Shown: positions 24,041 to 35,718, counted from the first letter of the whole stretch. The stretch: 63,313 nt of DNA, filler included, from Klebsormidium nitens (GCA_000708835.1; 7 parts of 7 records of this genome joined end to end with filler, not necessarily neighbours in it), one strand, 5' to 3'. The notes: generated by a model from the letters alone, not told the origin. Program-made: numbers and translations.

Positions 24041-27000
24041 AGTTTGTCAATACCTTTTCATGTTGCACCTGTGCCTTCGCATCCGCTTGAGATGAATGCC
24101 CGATTGCCAGTGCTTGCTTCCTGCCGGATCGGAGTGAGACTCGTTCGTCCGTAAGCTCTGGTGGCGAACCGCATTGGACCAGTGCTTCAATCGGCCAGGA
24201 CGGATTTCGGGTGTCACCCTCTTGCTGCGTGATTTTACGATCGATCTGCTGTGAGGAGCATCTTTGGCGCAGGACAGATAGTGGCAGGGAACTTAGTCAA
24301 AGGTTCGACTCGCTTTGCGCTCCGGTGTCTCGTATAGTAGATCGCTCAAACCATGCAATGCAACTTGGTGCTCCCAGATTTATGACTTTCGCTCCCACGT
24401 GGCGTACAACTTGATGCTTGGAACTGATGACTGATGTGGCTTGCTGGAACCAGCTCTGCGTACTGGCTAAACTAATAATGAAACCGAAGCGCACTTCTTC
24501 TAAGACGTTGAGATGCTAAATTCGCGCCACGGATATTGGACGTTGATTGGCACACGTCGTATACAAATTTTCCCCAATCCTTGTCATGATAACTCGTATC
24601 ACCTGCACATGCAGCTAGTGTCCGGCACAAGTCCCCAGACGAGAAACACTTCAGGTGCAGCAAAATAAGTGAACGACAAAGTCCGAGTCCAGGTTCTAAG
24701 TGGCAGGTTTTGTCTTCCATGGGCTCTCCTGGTTGTTGCTAGGTTATGGGAAGAACGTTGCATGGTGGCTCGGTATTCATCAATTTGAACTCGATTGGCA
24801 AGAAGAGGAATGATGTGGCGTCACAAAGTGCGCTAATCCTCTCAGAAATCTTTTTGAGCCAACGCAATCATAGAAAAGTCAGAGGACAAGAAGGAAGGCT
24901 TGTGCTGTTTTGGATCCGGAGGGCAGGTTCGATCTCTGTGGTTTGAGGTGGTGGGAGGACAAATCAATCAGTTGGTCTCAGGATCAGCAGCTATATTGTA
25001 TACAATTGTCCTGGACATCGTTCTTTCAATCCCCGACGGGAGAGCCAGGTGGCGGGGAGGATGTTTGGACCTTGCTTTGGCATTGTCATACTGCCAGGTT
25101 GAGTTTGAAGGTTTCGAAACCGATCAAACCGGAGCCCCTTCACATGGATGCTGGAGATGGACTCCAAATGTCTCCATCTTTGCAACCTCCCTTCCAAAGA
25201 TTTTTGCAGGGTTCCACATACCAGAGTCGATGGACCGGTGCTGTATGCGCCACTTTCAAAAGATATGCTTATAAAGAAGTGACGAAGCTACAAGTGGAAC
25301 TTTTTTGAACCTATCTTTGGTCGCAACCTTGTGCCCTTTTGCGCCGCTATCTGGAGCTTCCGGTGCTTGGCGTACATGAGCCTGCAAAGGCGCTTGCGGC
25401 CATGATATGTTCGCCAAAGGCTTTGCTTCAATCTGCGAGGGGGGTGGTTTCTGGTCAGCTTTGGCCATCACCAAAATTCAAGACGGCTTTTCTGTTGTTG
25501 TGGCCTCACCGGAGCTCTCCCTCGCTTGGCGTTCTTTTACTCCGCACGTTAACATCAACTACCGTTTCGGAGCGGTCTCGACGACTCAACGACAGCTCGC
25601 TTTTGTCAGCCCATCGACCTAGTTCCCCCTCTTAGCGGGCGCGCGCGCGCGTCCGTCGACCGATCTGTGGGAAACGTCGGGCGGCGGAAGCCTTGCGGTG
25701 CGTCGCCCCCGGGGCCGGGCGCGCGGCATGAGTCGAGCCGCTCGCCTTTATGGTGCCCAGAATGATCATGCACGTTGGGTGGACTCTTTCAGCCGGGGAG
25801 AGATTTGCCACGTTCTGCACAACGGCTGTGACGCGTGAAAGTTTTGAGAATCGGCGCTTCGCGTCTCAATTCAGTCTCTGAAGCCGTTCAACAGTTTCAG
25901 AAGGAGGCCGCCTGACTCGGATGGTCAAAAGCACTCTGCGTCTCCATAGTTTCTCTCGTCTCTGTTGTGTACGCCAACCAGTGCTCGTGTACGCCGTGAG
26001 TCGAGAACTGGAAGAGAGGTCAAGCAAAACTGAAGATCTAAGCATTTATGATTGTTTATTTTCTAATTCAAGCATGGCCGTGATAACGGGGACTCCATGT
26101 TGAGAAGGAGAAAACTTGTCAAGAGGAGTCCAAGGTGCACCTGATTGAGGCGGCCAGAATTTGGAAATCCAAATTAGTACCTTTGTATGGGTTCCAGCTC
26201 CTGTATAGGGTCTTCTGCATCCGTTGTCTGATGAGGCAAGAGTGGTCCACGTTTGCAATCAGCGGCAAGGTATTTATTTTGCTTCCGGCTGTGATCGATG
26301 CGTGTGCACGTGGAGATGTTCCCACAAAAACCACCGTGGTACCTCTTTACGCTGATGCCAACCTGGTCTTCTGCTTACAAGTTCGACCCGTCAATGGTGG
26401 TGTTGCCCGCACAATCCTACCCTTATTGGATTCGCTTGTCTGAAAGCTATATACTTCGACGTATTAGATCAAAGCACTACGCCCTACGCTTCTGCAAACG
26501 TGTTTAGCAGCAAGTCTAATGCCACAAGGAAGCCGGGCACAGTGAGTTGTTCATAAGGGTTCGACATCGTTTCGTCCTTTGCAATATGCGATCCAGCTAA
26601 GAAAGCCAAACCGACTTGATAATCTGCTTGATTATCAGATGCACGTGGTCCCGTTTCGGTTGTGCCGCTGTTCCGTCATTGCGTTCAAGTTGCTCCGGTG
26701 CCCCGGTGGTGACGGAAGGCCGTCGACACTCCTGTTCACGTGGCCACTTTCACGAAGCGCACTTCACAACGGCGTCGCAGCAAGCTGCTGAATTTTCGGT
26801 TCTTTGCGAAGCATCGGACTATGGTCTCGTTTGTTTGTTTGAGGCAGAATGTGTGCAACGGCTTTGACGTAAAAGCTTTTGAGAGAGGGCGCATCTTCTT
26901 TCAAAGGCGCACTTCCGCCGTATCACCGATGCCGTCCAGATCTGGTTTCTCCTAGTCCCAACGAAGCTTGTCAGATAAGCCCAATGTATCGTGGTCGCCT

Positions 27001-28600
27001 CGAAAACGAGGACAGTAGTTGCTGAAGGGCGCTCCTCATTCTCCCCTCGAAGAAGAGGGTCTGCCAATTTGCCTCTTCCTATGTTTTGCAAAGTGTACAG
27101 CGTCCAGATTTGTTTCGAAGAGCGTTTCCTAATATCATCCCTTTACGTCTGAGGGCATGCACCTGAAGGTACTTCGCACATAATGCTCTTCGCCTGCTGC
27201 CTGTTCGCTGATTAGCTCTCCTTTTGGGACCTTTACTTTATAGCACCAGGTTTCAGAATGTACACTGCCAGATTTCAGAATGTACACTGATGCATTGTAC
27301 ACAGGCAGCTATAGGCTTTCGGACGACGCATAGAGCGCTGCCCTGAAATCGAAGCCGAAGGGGGGCAGGATCATAGCATCTCGCGGCCGAATAGTGGGCA
27401 CGAACTGGACTAGCCCGAAGTAAGAGGCCTCGACGCAGAGATCAAACAAAGCGTCAGATTTCTGCGCCGAATAGCTCTCGGGCTGCGGAGATCCGTGGCC
27501 GTCGGGATCCCTCACCCGAGCTCTCCTTTCTTCTCACCCTGCTTTTGCTCCGCCGTCTTTGACAAAAGTGATCCATACGTTTCAGCATTTCACAAGCTGA
27601 CGGCAGCTAGCTTGTCCCGGCCCGAGATTAAGTCCCGTCAATCTGTTTGGTGTGCACGTGCGCGCTAGGGTCCACGCGGCCGGCCGCCACGTCGGAAAGC
27701 GTGTCAGGCTGCCCGGTCAATGGCTCTGGCTAGGGTTAGAGGCAGTTAGGTCATTGGTTTAGGATAGTCGTGCTTCATAACACGCTCACGGCGATTCCTG
27801 TTCAACGGTTGACGTCAACCAGCTTACAAATGGAAACATGCCCTTTCAATGTCTGTACTGGTGGTTAACGGTTGTGATAAGGTCTCACTTGTGGGGTAGC
27901 TCCGAGTCGCTCTTCCCCAGATCTTCGTGGATGCCTCTGATTCCAATACGGGCCGGAATCCTATTCAGGCCCGTCAAGTTCCTTCTGTAGCTATGCTGCC
28001 TGCCGATCAATCGCTTTCGAAATGCCGCTACCTTGGTGCCCCATATCTTTCTCGAAACCACTGGCAAGAACGACCCCGTACTGGGACATCACTGTTTGAG
28101 TCCGTTTTTCAGAAGAGCCTGACTGGGGCGTCAGAGTCTGCCTAGGTTTTCTGCCGAACCTCGTTCAGATCTTCAGGGGTCATATCCCGATCCGCAGCTC
28201 GGTTATTCAGTAGCTAGCCCAATAGTTGCCATGGAAGTTGGAAGTTTGCGATAAACCCCTCCGGTAAGGGACCCAAATAGCTACTCGTTTGAAAAGATTG
28301 GATCCAGCTTTCTGAGCTCCTGAAGGGAAACCGCTGGCACCTTTTCTCCTCTTATGCCCTGCGCCTGCAAAACTCAAACAAGACAATGACGTTCCTACTG
28401 TAGTTGTTGGTCGGAGGGAATAAAAGTCAAAGTCACGTTTCGGAAGACCTTGATTTATTCGTAACTCATGGGTGCAAATCTGGGCAATTCAACAAGCACT
28501 CCTCAGTTACTGCTTCATGTTAGAAGTCCTCGGTCTAGTTACTGCTGAGTAAGCTAGGCGAGACTTATACATTCAGTTGTACTTTGCACCGTACGATGAA

Positions 28601-28812
28601 TGTTAGGCGAACTTCGACCGTCCGATTGATAGGTTGAAGGTAGCCAGTGTAGAAGGTATTCTATGCCAGGAACTTGATGAAATTTTATTCGTAGGAATCG
28701 CTCCTCTGCACAAGCGCCTTCTCTCTCCGCTCAGCGCATCTTCTCAAGCATGCTCCTTTCGTGACCATCTGCACCTGTATAGCTGCATGACCTGAATGGC
28801 TTCCGCCTAACA
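28601..28812 (+). repeat. 5' LTR (212 bp)
   Basis: It starts TGTTAGGCG and ends CGCCTAACA (9-bp perfect terminal inverted repeat), immediately followed by the PBS. Confidence 0.75.
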
Positions 28813-28825
28813 GGTTATGGGCCCA
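28813..28825 (+). promoter_or_regulatory. Primer-binding site complementary to the anticodon arm of initiator tRNA-Met
   Basis: The reverse complement of GGTTATGGGCCCA is TGGGCCCATAACC, which matches the plant tRNAiMet anticodon stem-loop. Confidence 0.85.
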
Positions 28826-29187
28826 CCAACACCACCGTTGGTGAACGACGCTCATTAAAGGATTAGATAGCTGACAAGTTTGTTACCATTCTGATTGGTT
28901 TGTTGGGAGGCGATCTGCGTCAGTTTGCTGAAAGGCAACTGGACCGCTTGGCTACGATCAGATTTCTCTACGGGGAATTCTGTGAGCTGAGTGGCGCCTG
29001 AGAAGCCCTATAAGGGTTATCAAGGTGCGTGGTGTGACAGCCTTGGAAAATATCCCACTACCTTTCAGCATCCCCTGGGGGGTGCGTGGTAAGTCAGTGA
29101 TCCTGAGCAACGCAGCTTAGAGGCAGGAAGCAGCTTAGAGCAAGAGTTGTCAGATTGACAAAGCTCTAAGGGATCAGGTTTGTGATC

Positions 29188-32100
29188 ATGGCAGATTCGA
29201 CAGAGAAGATTCAGATCGAAAAGCTGAAGGGAGCGGAGAACTATCAGACATGGAAGGTGCTGATGCAACTTCTGCTGACGGAGAAAGGTCTGAAGAGGTG
29301 CATCGATCCTGAGACCAGGACAAGTGAGGAGATGGAAGGCAGATCTGCAACGGTAAAGGCCAAGGAGGCCGAGGAGCAGTCGAAGGCTTTGGCAGCCATT
29401 GGTCTCAGAGTGTCTTCGGAGTATCTAGGCATCATCACTGACGCTGAAGGCTCAGCCAGAGCAGCTTGGAACGAATTCCAGAGGATGTTCCAGTCAGTGA
29501 CAAATGCAAGAAAGATGATGCTCAGGGAGAAGCTCGCAGGACTAAGAATGGAGCCTGGAGAGTCTGCTGCAAAGTATGTTGCAAGAGCCAAAGACCTCAA
29601 AAGGGATCTAATCCAAGCAGGGCTGGATGCAGGGGATGTAGATCTGGCAGCAGCTTGTGGCCTGTCCAGATCATTCAGGGAAATCAGGATGGCTCTGGAA
29701 TTGCAGGATAAAGCTATCTCCCTGGATGACATGCTCCCACTGCTTCTGCAGCACGAAGCCAGACTGGAAAGAGATGAAGAATCAGAGCAAGCTGAGTCTT
29801 CGAATTCAATGGCTTTCGTGAGCAGAAACCCCAAGCAGAACTTCGGAAAGAGCAAGAAGGGAGGCTTCAAGTGCTGGACCTGTGGAGAAGCAGGACACAG
29901 GAAATCAGAGTGTCCGAAGAATCCTGACAGGAACAAGGAATGCAACAGATGTGGACTGAAAGGTCACGTCGAGAAGAATTGTTCCAGGGAGGACAAGGGA
30001 AAGTCCTCTGACAGAGACTCTTCAGCAGGAGGTTCTTCAAAGAAAGGGATGAAGAAGTCAATGGCGTTCGCCAGTCCTCCTGAGAAAGATCTGTCTGAAG
30101 TTTGGATTCTGGACTCTGGAGCGAGTGCTCATCTGTGCTGCAAGAAGGAATTCTTCGCAGATCTGAGGCCAGTGAAGGAGGGAGAGGCAAGTGAGATTCA
30201 GGGGGTTGGAGACACTGTCAAGGTCGAAGGAATCGGGAAAGTGGCCTTGCTCTGTGAGACTTTCGAGGGAGAGAAAACGGAGGTTTATCTCGAAGAAGTC
30301 AGGTACACCCCAGAAGCTCAAGTGAATCTGGCCTCTCTCAGCAGATTTCTGGCCAAGGGTGCGAAGCTCAGCAGCGAGGAAAGCGTGGTGAGTCTGAGCG
30401 TGGAGGGTGAAAAGTTTCTGGAAGCAGAAAATGAGAGAGGGGTGTCGGTAATCCGATTGGTGGAGCAGGAGCCGGTGGCGTTCGCGATCAGCCAAGTGGA
30501 GCAGGCTAGACTCTGGCATAGACGCCTCGGTCATGCGAGCAGCGAAGCCCTGGCAACGATGTCCAGAGACTCTCTAGTCGAAGGACTCCCCCCCCCTCAA
30601 GCCTTCCGGAAAGCTGGAGAAACCCTGTGCGAAGACTGCGTTCTGGGAAAGCAAACGCGGAAACCCTTCCCCCCGAGCGACCGAGAGAGCAGCAGACCTT
30701 TGGAGCTCGTTCACACTGACCTGTGCGGCACGATTCCGTGCAAGTCTGCTGGTGGAGCGAAGTATGCTGTCACGTTCATCGACGACTACAGTCGATGTGG
30801 GGTGGTCCAACTGCTGCAAACCAAAGAGCAAGCGCGAAGAGCTCTCGAGGCCTACGTGAATCTGGTTGAGAATCAGTTGGGGCTCAAGGTCAAGCGGATT
30901 CAGAGCGACCGGGGTGGGGAGTACTGGAACGGGGAAGTCAAAGATTTCTGTGCGAAGACGGGAATCTACCACCAGAAGACCAACCCTTACTCAAGCCCCG
31001 AGAACGGAGTCGCAGAGAAGCTGAATCGGACGTTGATGGACAAGACGAGGCCGATGCTGTCTGAGAGCGGGCTCGAGCAAAAGTGGTGGGGTGAAGCCAT
31101 TCTGACGGCCAATTACGTTAGAAACCGGACAGTGACGAAGAAGACGGGGAAGACGCCCTACGAGCTGTTCTTCGGAAAGAAGCCCGACGTCAGCAACCTG
31201 CGCGTCTTCGGAGTCAGAGCCTTCGTCCACACCCCCGCGCAGCGCCGGAAGAAGCTCGACCCAGTCTCAAAGCCAGGCATCTTTCTGGGGTACGAACCGG
31301 GGACCAAGGGATACCGCGTGTTGCTGACGTCAGACAGGCGGACGATTGTCGTCAGCAAGGACGTCACGTTCGACGAGCGGGAGCGGAACGAGGGGAGCGG
31401 AATCTGGGAGACGGAAACCCCTCAGCCCCTGCCAACGGCGGTCAACCCTGTTCCAGCGGAACCAATGCTGCCCGAGGGAGAGAAAGATGCAGAGCTGAGG
31501 ACTCGAGGGAGAGCGGAACCGGAAGAGCGGAACGAGGCGACGGAACTTCCAGCGGAACAGACAGCGGAACCGGAACCGGTGCCGGAAAAGCGTGAACGGC
31601 GGCCCAGTAAGTGGTACTCCTCGAAGGAGTGGGTCACAGCAAACGTCGCGAAAGAGACGGAGCCGGTGGAGCCGCAAACCCTGGAAGAAGCCCTCGGAAG
31701 CCCGGAAGCGGAACTCTGGCGGAAAGCCCTGGAAGAGGAGTTCACGAGCTTGCAGGAGAACGGCACGTGGGAACTGAGTGAACCTCCCCCTGACGTGAAG
31801 CCGATTCCGTGCAAGTGGGCCTTCAAGCTGAAAAAGGACGAGAACGGGAACATCGCGCGGTTCAAAGCTCGTCTCGTGATCAAGGGGTTCAAGCAGCGGA
31901 AGGGGGTGGACTACGACGAGGTGTTCGCGCCGGTTAGTCGCCACGTCACACTTCGGAGCCTGCTGGCAGTCGCGGCGGCGCAAAACCTGGAGGTGGACCA
32001 GCTCGACATCAAAACGGCGTTCCTCAACGGCGACCTGGAGGAGGAAATCTGGATGGAGCAACCCGAGCTGTTCGAGACCGGGGGAAAGCAGCTGGCGTGC

Positions 32101-33198
32101 CGGCTGAAGAAGTCGCTGTACGGACTGAAGCAAGCGCCGCGAGCTTGGTACCTGAAGCTGACGGCAGAAATGAGAGAGCTGGGGTTCGAGCCGTCTGCCG
32201 CGGATCCTGCCCTGTTCATTCGGAGAGATGAGGACGGGAGGACGGCGTTCACTGCGGTCTGGGTCGACGACTGCCTGGTGGTCGGGGAACGGGAAGTCGT
32301 GGCAAGTGTGAAGGCAGCGCTCGGGCGGATCTTCACGGTGCGGGACCTGGGACCAGTGCGCTACTTCCTGGGGATGGAAGTGACGCGCGATCGAGAGGCG
32401 AGGACGATCAAGCTGACGCAGAAGCGAGCGGCGCTGGACCTGCTGGAGCAGTTCGGGATGGACGCAACGCGCGCGCGGCGGGTGCCGCTAAACCCCGGGG
32501 AGAAGGTACAGAAGCGGGGAGAGCCGCTGGACGTGGAGCGCTACCCGTACGCGAGCCTGGTGGGGAGCCTGCTGTATTTGGCAAACTGCACGCGGCCGGA
32601 CCTGGCGCAAGCGACGGCTTCGCTCGCGCGCTTCATGAGCAGCCCGACGGAGGACCACTGGAGGCTAGCAAAGTCGGTGCTGAGTTACCTGGCGGGAACG
32701 GTCGAGGCGGGGCTGACGTACGGAGCGGAGAAGCCGGAGTTTGAGGGGTTTTGTGACGCGAATCACGGCGGAGATCCGGACACTCGGAGGAGCACAACCG
32801 GGTACGTCTTTCTGCTGGGCGGAGCAGCTGTGAGCTGGGCTAGCAAGCTGCAGCAGACGGTGGCGTACAGCACGGTGGAAGCAGAGTATATGGCGGCAGC
32901 ACACGCGGCGAAGGAGGCTCTGTGGATTCGGAAGCTGGCGGCGGACCTGGGGCTGGAGAGCGGCCGACTGACGGTCTGGAGCGACAACCAGGGAGCGCTT
33001 CAACTGATCAAGCATCCGATCACATCGCAGAGGAGCAAGCACATTGACATTAGTCATCACTTTGTCAGAGAGCGCGTGGTCCGAGGCGAACTCAAGTTCG
33101 AGTACTGCCCGACAGCCAAGATGCCTGCAGACTTCCTAACCAAGGCGTTAGTGGTTACGAAGTTTGAGGAGTGCAAGAAGTTGATAGGCATGGAATAG
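29188..33198 (+). CDS. Copia gag-pol polyprotein (gag, two CCHC knuckles, protease, integrase, RT, RNase H)
   Basis: CWTCGEAGHRKSEC, CNRCGLKGHVEKNC, WILDSGASAH, LWHRRLGH, QSDRGGEY, ENGVAEKLNRT, WVDD, GFCDA and VEAEY. Integrase precedes RT (copia order). First ATG at 29188. Confidence 0.97.
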   Translation: MADSTEKIQIEKLKGAENYQTWKVLMQLLLTEKGLKRCIDPETRTSEEMEGRSATVKAKEAEEQSKALAAIGLRVSSEYLGIITDAEGSARAAWNEFQRMFQSVTNARKMMLREKLAGLRMEPGESAAKYVARAKDLKRDLIQAGLDAGDVDLAAACGLSRSFREIRMALELQDKAISLDDMLPLLLQHEARLERDEESEQAESSNSMAFVSRNPKQNFGKSKKGGFKCWTCGEAGHRKSECPKNPDRNKECNRCGLKGHVEKNCSREDKGKSSDRDSSAGGSSKKGMKKSMAFASPPEKDLSEVWILDSGASAHLCCKKEFFADLRPVKEGEASEIQGVGDTVKVEGIGKVALLCETFEGEKTEVYLEEVRYTPEAQVNLASLSRFLAKGAKLSSEESVVSLSVEGEKFLEAENERGVSVIRLVEQEPVAFAISQVEQARLWHRRLGHASSEALATMSRDSLVEGLPPPQAFRKAGETLCEDCVLGKQTRKPFPPSDRESSRPLELVHTDLCGTIPCKSAGGAKYAVTFIDDYSRCGVVQLLQTKEQARRALEAYVNLVENQLGLKVKRIQSDRGGEYWNGEVKDFCAKTGIYHQKTNPYSSPENGVAEKLNRTLMDKTRPMLSESGLEQKWWGEAILTANYVRNRTVTKKTGKTPYELFFGKKPDVSNLRVFGVRAFVHTPAQRRKKLDPVSKPGIFLGYEPGTKGYRVLLTSDRRTIVVSKDVTFDERERNEGSGIWETETPQPLPTAVNPVPAEPMLPEGEKDAELRTRGRAEPEERNEATELPAEQTAEPEPVPEKRERRPSKWYSSKEWVTANVAKETEPVEPQTLEEALGSPEAELWRKALEEEFTSLQENGTWELSEPPPDVKPIPCKWAFKLKKDENGNIARFKARLVIKGFKQRKGVDYDEVFAPVSRHVTLRSLLAVAAAQNLEVDQLDIKTAFLNGDLEEEIWMEQPELFETGGKQLACRLKKSLYGLKQAPRAWYLKLTAEMRELGFEPSAADPALFIRRDEDGRTAFTAVWVDDCLVVGEREVVASVKAALGRIFTVRDLGPVRYFLGMEVTRDREARTIKLTQKRAALDLLEQFGMDATRARRVPLNPGEKVQKRGEPLDVERYPYASLVGSLLYLANCTRPDLAQATASLARFMSSPTEDHWRLAKSVLSYLAGTVEAGLTYGAEKPEFEGFCDANHGGDPDTRRSTTGYVFLLGGAAVSWASKLQQTVAYSTVEAEYMAAAHAAKEALWIRKLAADLGLESGRLTVWSDNQGALQLIKHPITSQRSKHIDISHHFVRERVVRGELKFEYCPTAKMPADFLTKALVVTKFEECKKLIGME

Positions 33199-33367
33199 GA
33201 GAGTTGAACAGTCAAGGTGACAGTTCACTCAGGTGGAAGTACAATGAATGAGGGAGAGNNNNNNNNNNNNNNNNNNNNNNNNNNNNNNNNNNNNNNNNNN
33301 NNTTAATTAATTAANNNNNNNNNNNNNNNNNNNNNNNNNNNNNNNNNNNNNNNNNNNNGATGCGCGA

Positions 33368-33883
33368 CTAACGCGGCAGTTGCGTCAAGTGCACCGCTTC
33401 CGGGTTCACGGCGGTGGTCGACGCGTTCTGCGAAGCGGTGGCAGAACCGTCCGTGACCACGACTGCGGGGACATTCGGAACGCCCGGTTGCTGATCTGGG
33501 AGTGGTGAGTTCTCGCCCGGGACGGCGGGTGGAGCTAACCCCACCACCATCGCCCCCATGGGAACGTTCGGCACGCCGGGGATCTGGTCCGGACATGAAC
33601 CCGGAGGCAGTGTAATGCCCTTGGCTTTGGTGATGCCGTCCTGCTGATCGTAGGCCGCCCCCACGGCTGCGCCGGCGGGTGGCGCGTCCTCCAGGGCCTT
33701 GGCGTCCACCGTCATGGCGGTGTACGTCGCGGGCTGCGCCTTCCTATCGATCGAGCCGTCCGCCGCCTGGTCGTTCTGCTCCGAGTCGCTGTCGTGCTGC
33801 TCCCTCGCTGCCTTGAGGTCCTCCTTGGCTACGTGGGCGTGTTCGCTCTTCTTTCCGTGTGAGTGGTGTTTCGAACGAGCCAT
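33368..33883 (-). CDS. Hypothetical protein with a basic MARSKHHSHGKK N-terminus and a duplicated DQxPGVPNVP motif
   Basis: 171-aa ORF from ATG, intronless, divergent from the 34403 gene. No family was recognised. Confidence 0.55.
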   Translation of the reverse strand: MARSKHHSHGKKSEHAHVAKEDLKAAREQHDSDSEQNDQAADGSIDRKAQPATYTAMTVDAKALEDAPPAGAAVGAAYDQQDGITKAKGITLPPGSCPDQIPGVPNVPMGAMVVGLAPPAVPGENSPLPDQQPGVPNVPAVVVTDGSATASQNASTTAVNPEAVHLTQLPR

Positions 33884-34402
33884 TGCCGTCTTGGTAAACC
33901 ATAGCGAATATAATTTTCCTCGCGGGTGGCCCGACCGCGGCCACCACGCACCGCTCGAACGTCATGATGAATCTCGCTCTCCGGATCTCCTGAATCGCTC
34001 GGCGTGTTTTGCAGGTCGGGTGCGGTGCCTTCCTAGATGATCCGACGCCCGTCGGCGCTGGGTTTTTGCCTCGGAGGCCTGGGCTACTTGTGAAGACGCA
34101 GAGGGCGCTTAAGGAAGGGCCATGGGGGCGACTTTGACATCGAGTTCGCACGGTCGCGTTGGGAGAAAACTCGTGTACATCACGGAGGAAGTAGACCGGA
34201 AAGCCATAAGAAAGCGCTCATGTGTGAAGGCGGGGAGGTATAAGGAAGTGCCATGGGGCTGGGAGCACTACCCCAACATGCAGCAAATACATTACGCACC
34301 CAGACAAGCAGCACTCGGGAAGTTGTATACGTCTTGAGGAAGCGGGGGTATTGTACACGTCTTAAGGAAGCGCAGGGTGCCATAACGTTTTCGGACTTTA
34401 CA

Positions 34403-35458
34403 ATGAAGTGCGCCTGCGGGAGGGTGCGGCCTAAGTTCGGGCTCGAAGGCGGCAGGGCTACTCACTGCAGCAAGTGCAAGACTGAACATATGTGGGACGT
34501 GGTACACCCGAAGTGCGCCTGCGGAAGGGGGCAGCCTACGTTCGGACTCGTAGGCGGCAGGGCTACTCACTGCAGAACTTGCAAAGACGCATATATGCGG
34601 GACGTGGTGAGCCCGAAGTGCGCCTGCGGGAGGGGGCAGCCTAAGTTCGGGCTCGAAGGCGGCAGGGCTACTCACTGCAGCAAATGCAAGTCCGATGATA
34701 TGCTGGACATACGCAGCGCGAAGTGCGCCTGCGGGAGGGGGCAGCCTAAGTTCGGGCTCGAAGGCGGCAGGGCTACTCACTGCAGCAAATGCAAGTCCGA
34801 TGACATGCTGGACATACACGGCGTGAAGTGCGTCAATGGGTGCGGTACGAGGGCCGTTCATGAGCGCTACAAAGGACATTGTCTGCGGTGTTTCGTGCAC
34901 TTGTTCCCAAGCGAGAAGGTGTTTCGCAACTACAAGGTCAAGGAGCAGCACTTTACTGATTACATCAAGGCGGCGGGCGTCCTTCCAGAGCATGCGGGGA
35001 TCACCTTCGACAAGCGGCTCCAAGGGGGATGTTCGGGAAAGCGGCCCGATATCTTCGTGGACGTGTACACTCATACGGTGCACTGCGAGAACGACGAGGA
35101 TCAGCACCGTGGCGCTACGTGCGAGAGCAAGCGCACGATGGAGCTCTTCCAGGATGCCGGCAACCGCCCCCAGGTCCAGCTGCGGTTCAACCCGGACGGC
35201 TTCACGTCTGCGGACGGGATCAAGCACCGGGGCTGCTTCAAGTACAACAAGTTCGGAGTGCCGGTGATACGGGACCTGGCCACGTGGCAGAGGCGCATGG
35301 GTGCGTTCATCGAGCGCCTGCGTTACCATCTCACCAACGTGCCGGATCGCGAAGTCACGTTGGAGCATATGTTTTACGATGGCTACGATTGGACTAGCAA
35401 CATAGAGGGCGATAGACTAGGCCAGAAGCGCAAGCGAGTGGATAATCAAGTGCATTAG
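34403..35458 (+). CDS. EsV-1-7-like Cys-rich repeat protein (4 x 35 aa) fused to a PD-(D/E)xK-type endonuclease-like domain; giant-virus-type gene
   Basis: 105-bp repeats start at 34406, 34511, 34616 and 34721 (KCACGRxxPxFGLxGGRATHCxxCK). The C-terminal region reads KRPDIFVD...CENDEDQH...LRFNPD. Likely start is the ATG at 34403. Confidence 0.75.
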   Translation: MKCACGRVRPKFGLEGGRATHCSKCKTEHMWDVVHPKCACGRGQPTFGLVGGRATHCRTCKDAYMRDVVSPKCACGRGQPKFGLEGGRATHCSKCKSDDMLDIRSAKCACGRGQPKFGLEGGRATHCSKCKSDDMLDIHGVKCVNGCGTRAVHERYKGHCLRCFVHLFPSEKVFRNYKVKEQHFTDYIKAAGVLPEHAGITFDKRLQGGCSGKRPDIFVDVYTHTVHCENDEDQHRGATCESKRTMELFQDAGNRPQVQLRFNPDGFTSADGIKHRGCFKYNKFGVPVIRDLATWQRRMGAFIERLRYHLTNVPDREVTLEHMFYDGYDWTSNIEGDRLGQKRKRVDNQVH

Positions 35459-35718
35459 GAGAACGTAGTCGTTGAAGAGGAGTGCCTCCTTCTCTAGAGG
35501 TCCAAGCGACTGAAACTGTTGCGGTAGAACCTATGGAAAAATGACATGTACGTTCACCAAACCCTCACTTTTGGCCCAGGCTGCTGAGAAGAGAAGCGGT
35601 GCTCATATGGTCACCTCACGTGCTCTGTGAGGACGATTCGGTCCAAGTCGCACTCGACGAGATCACTTTTGGAACTTCCTGAGTCCCAGCTTCGATATGT
35701 CTTTTCTGTTCGCTAAGT

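Larger units (their letters stand above)
28601..33258 (+). mobile_element. Ty1/copia LTR retrotransposon, apparently intact; the 3' LTR falls in the gap
   Basis: LTR, PBS, a single uninterrupted gag-pol ORF and a purine tract GAGGGAGAG (33250-33258) abutting the gap. Confidence 0.95.

Noticed and set aside
27309-27515. BTB/POZ-like snippet LFDLCVEASYFGL
   Set aside because: It is a single short motif with no upstream DRD-type motif or gene context.
29244-33060. Antisense ORFs over the copia gene (and similar shadows over the DIRS, Sel1 and EsV-1-7 genes)
   Set aside because: These are expected shadows of GC-rich coding sequence, with no independent motifs.
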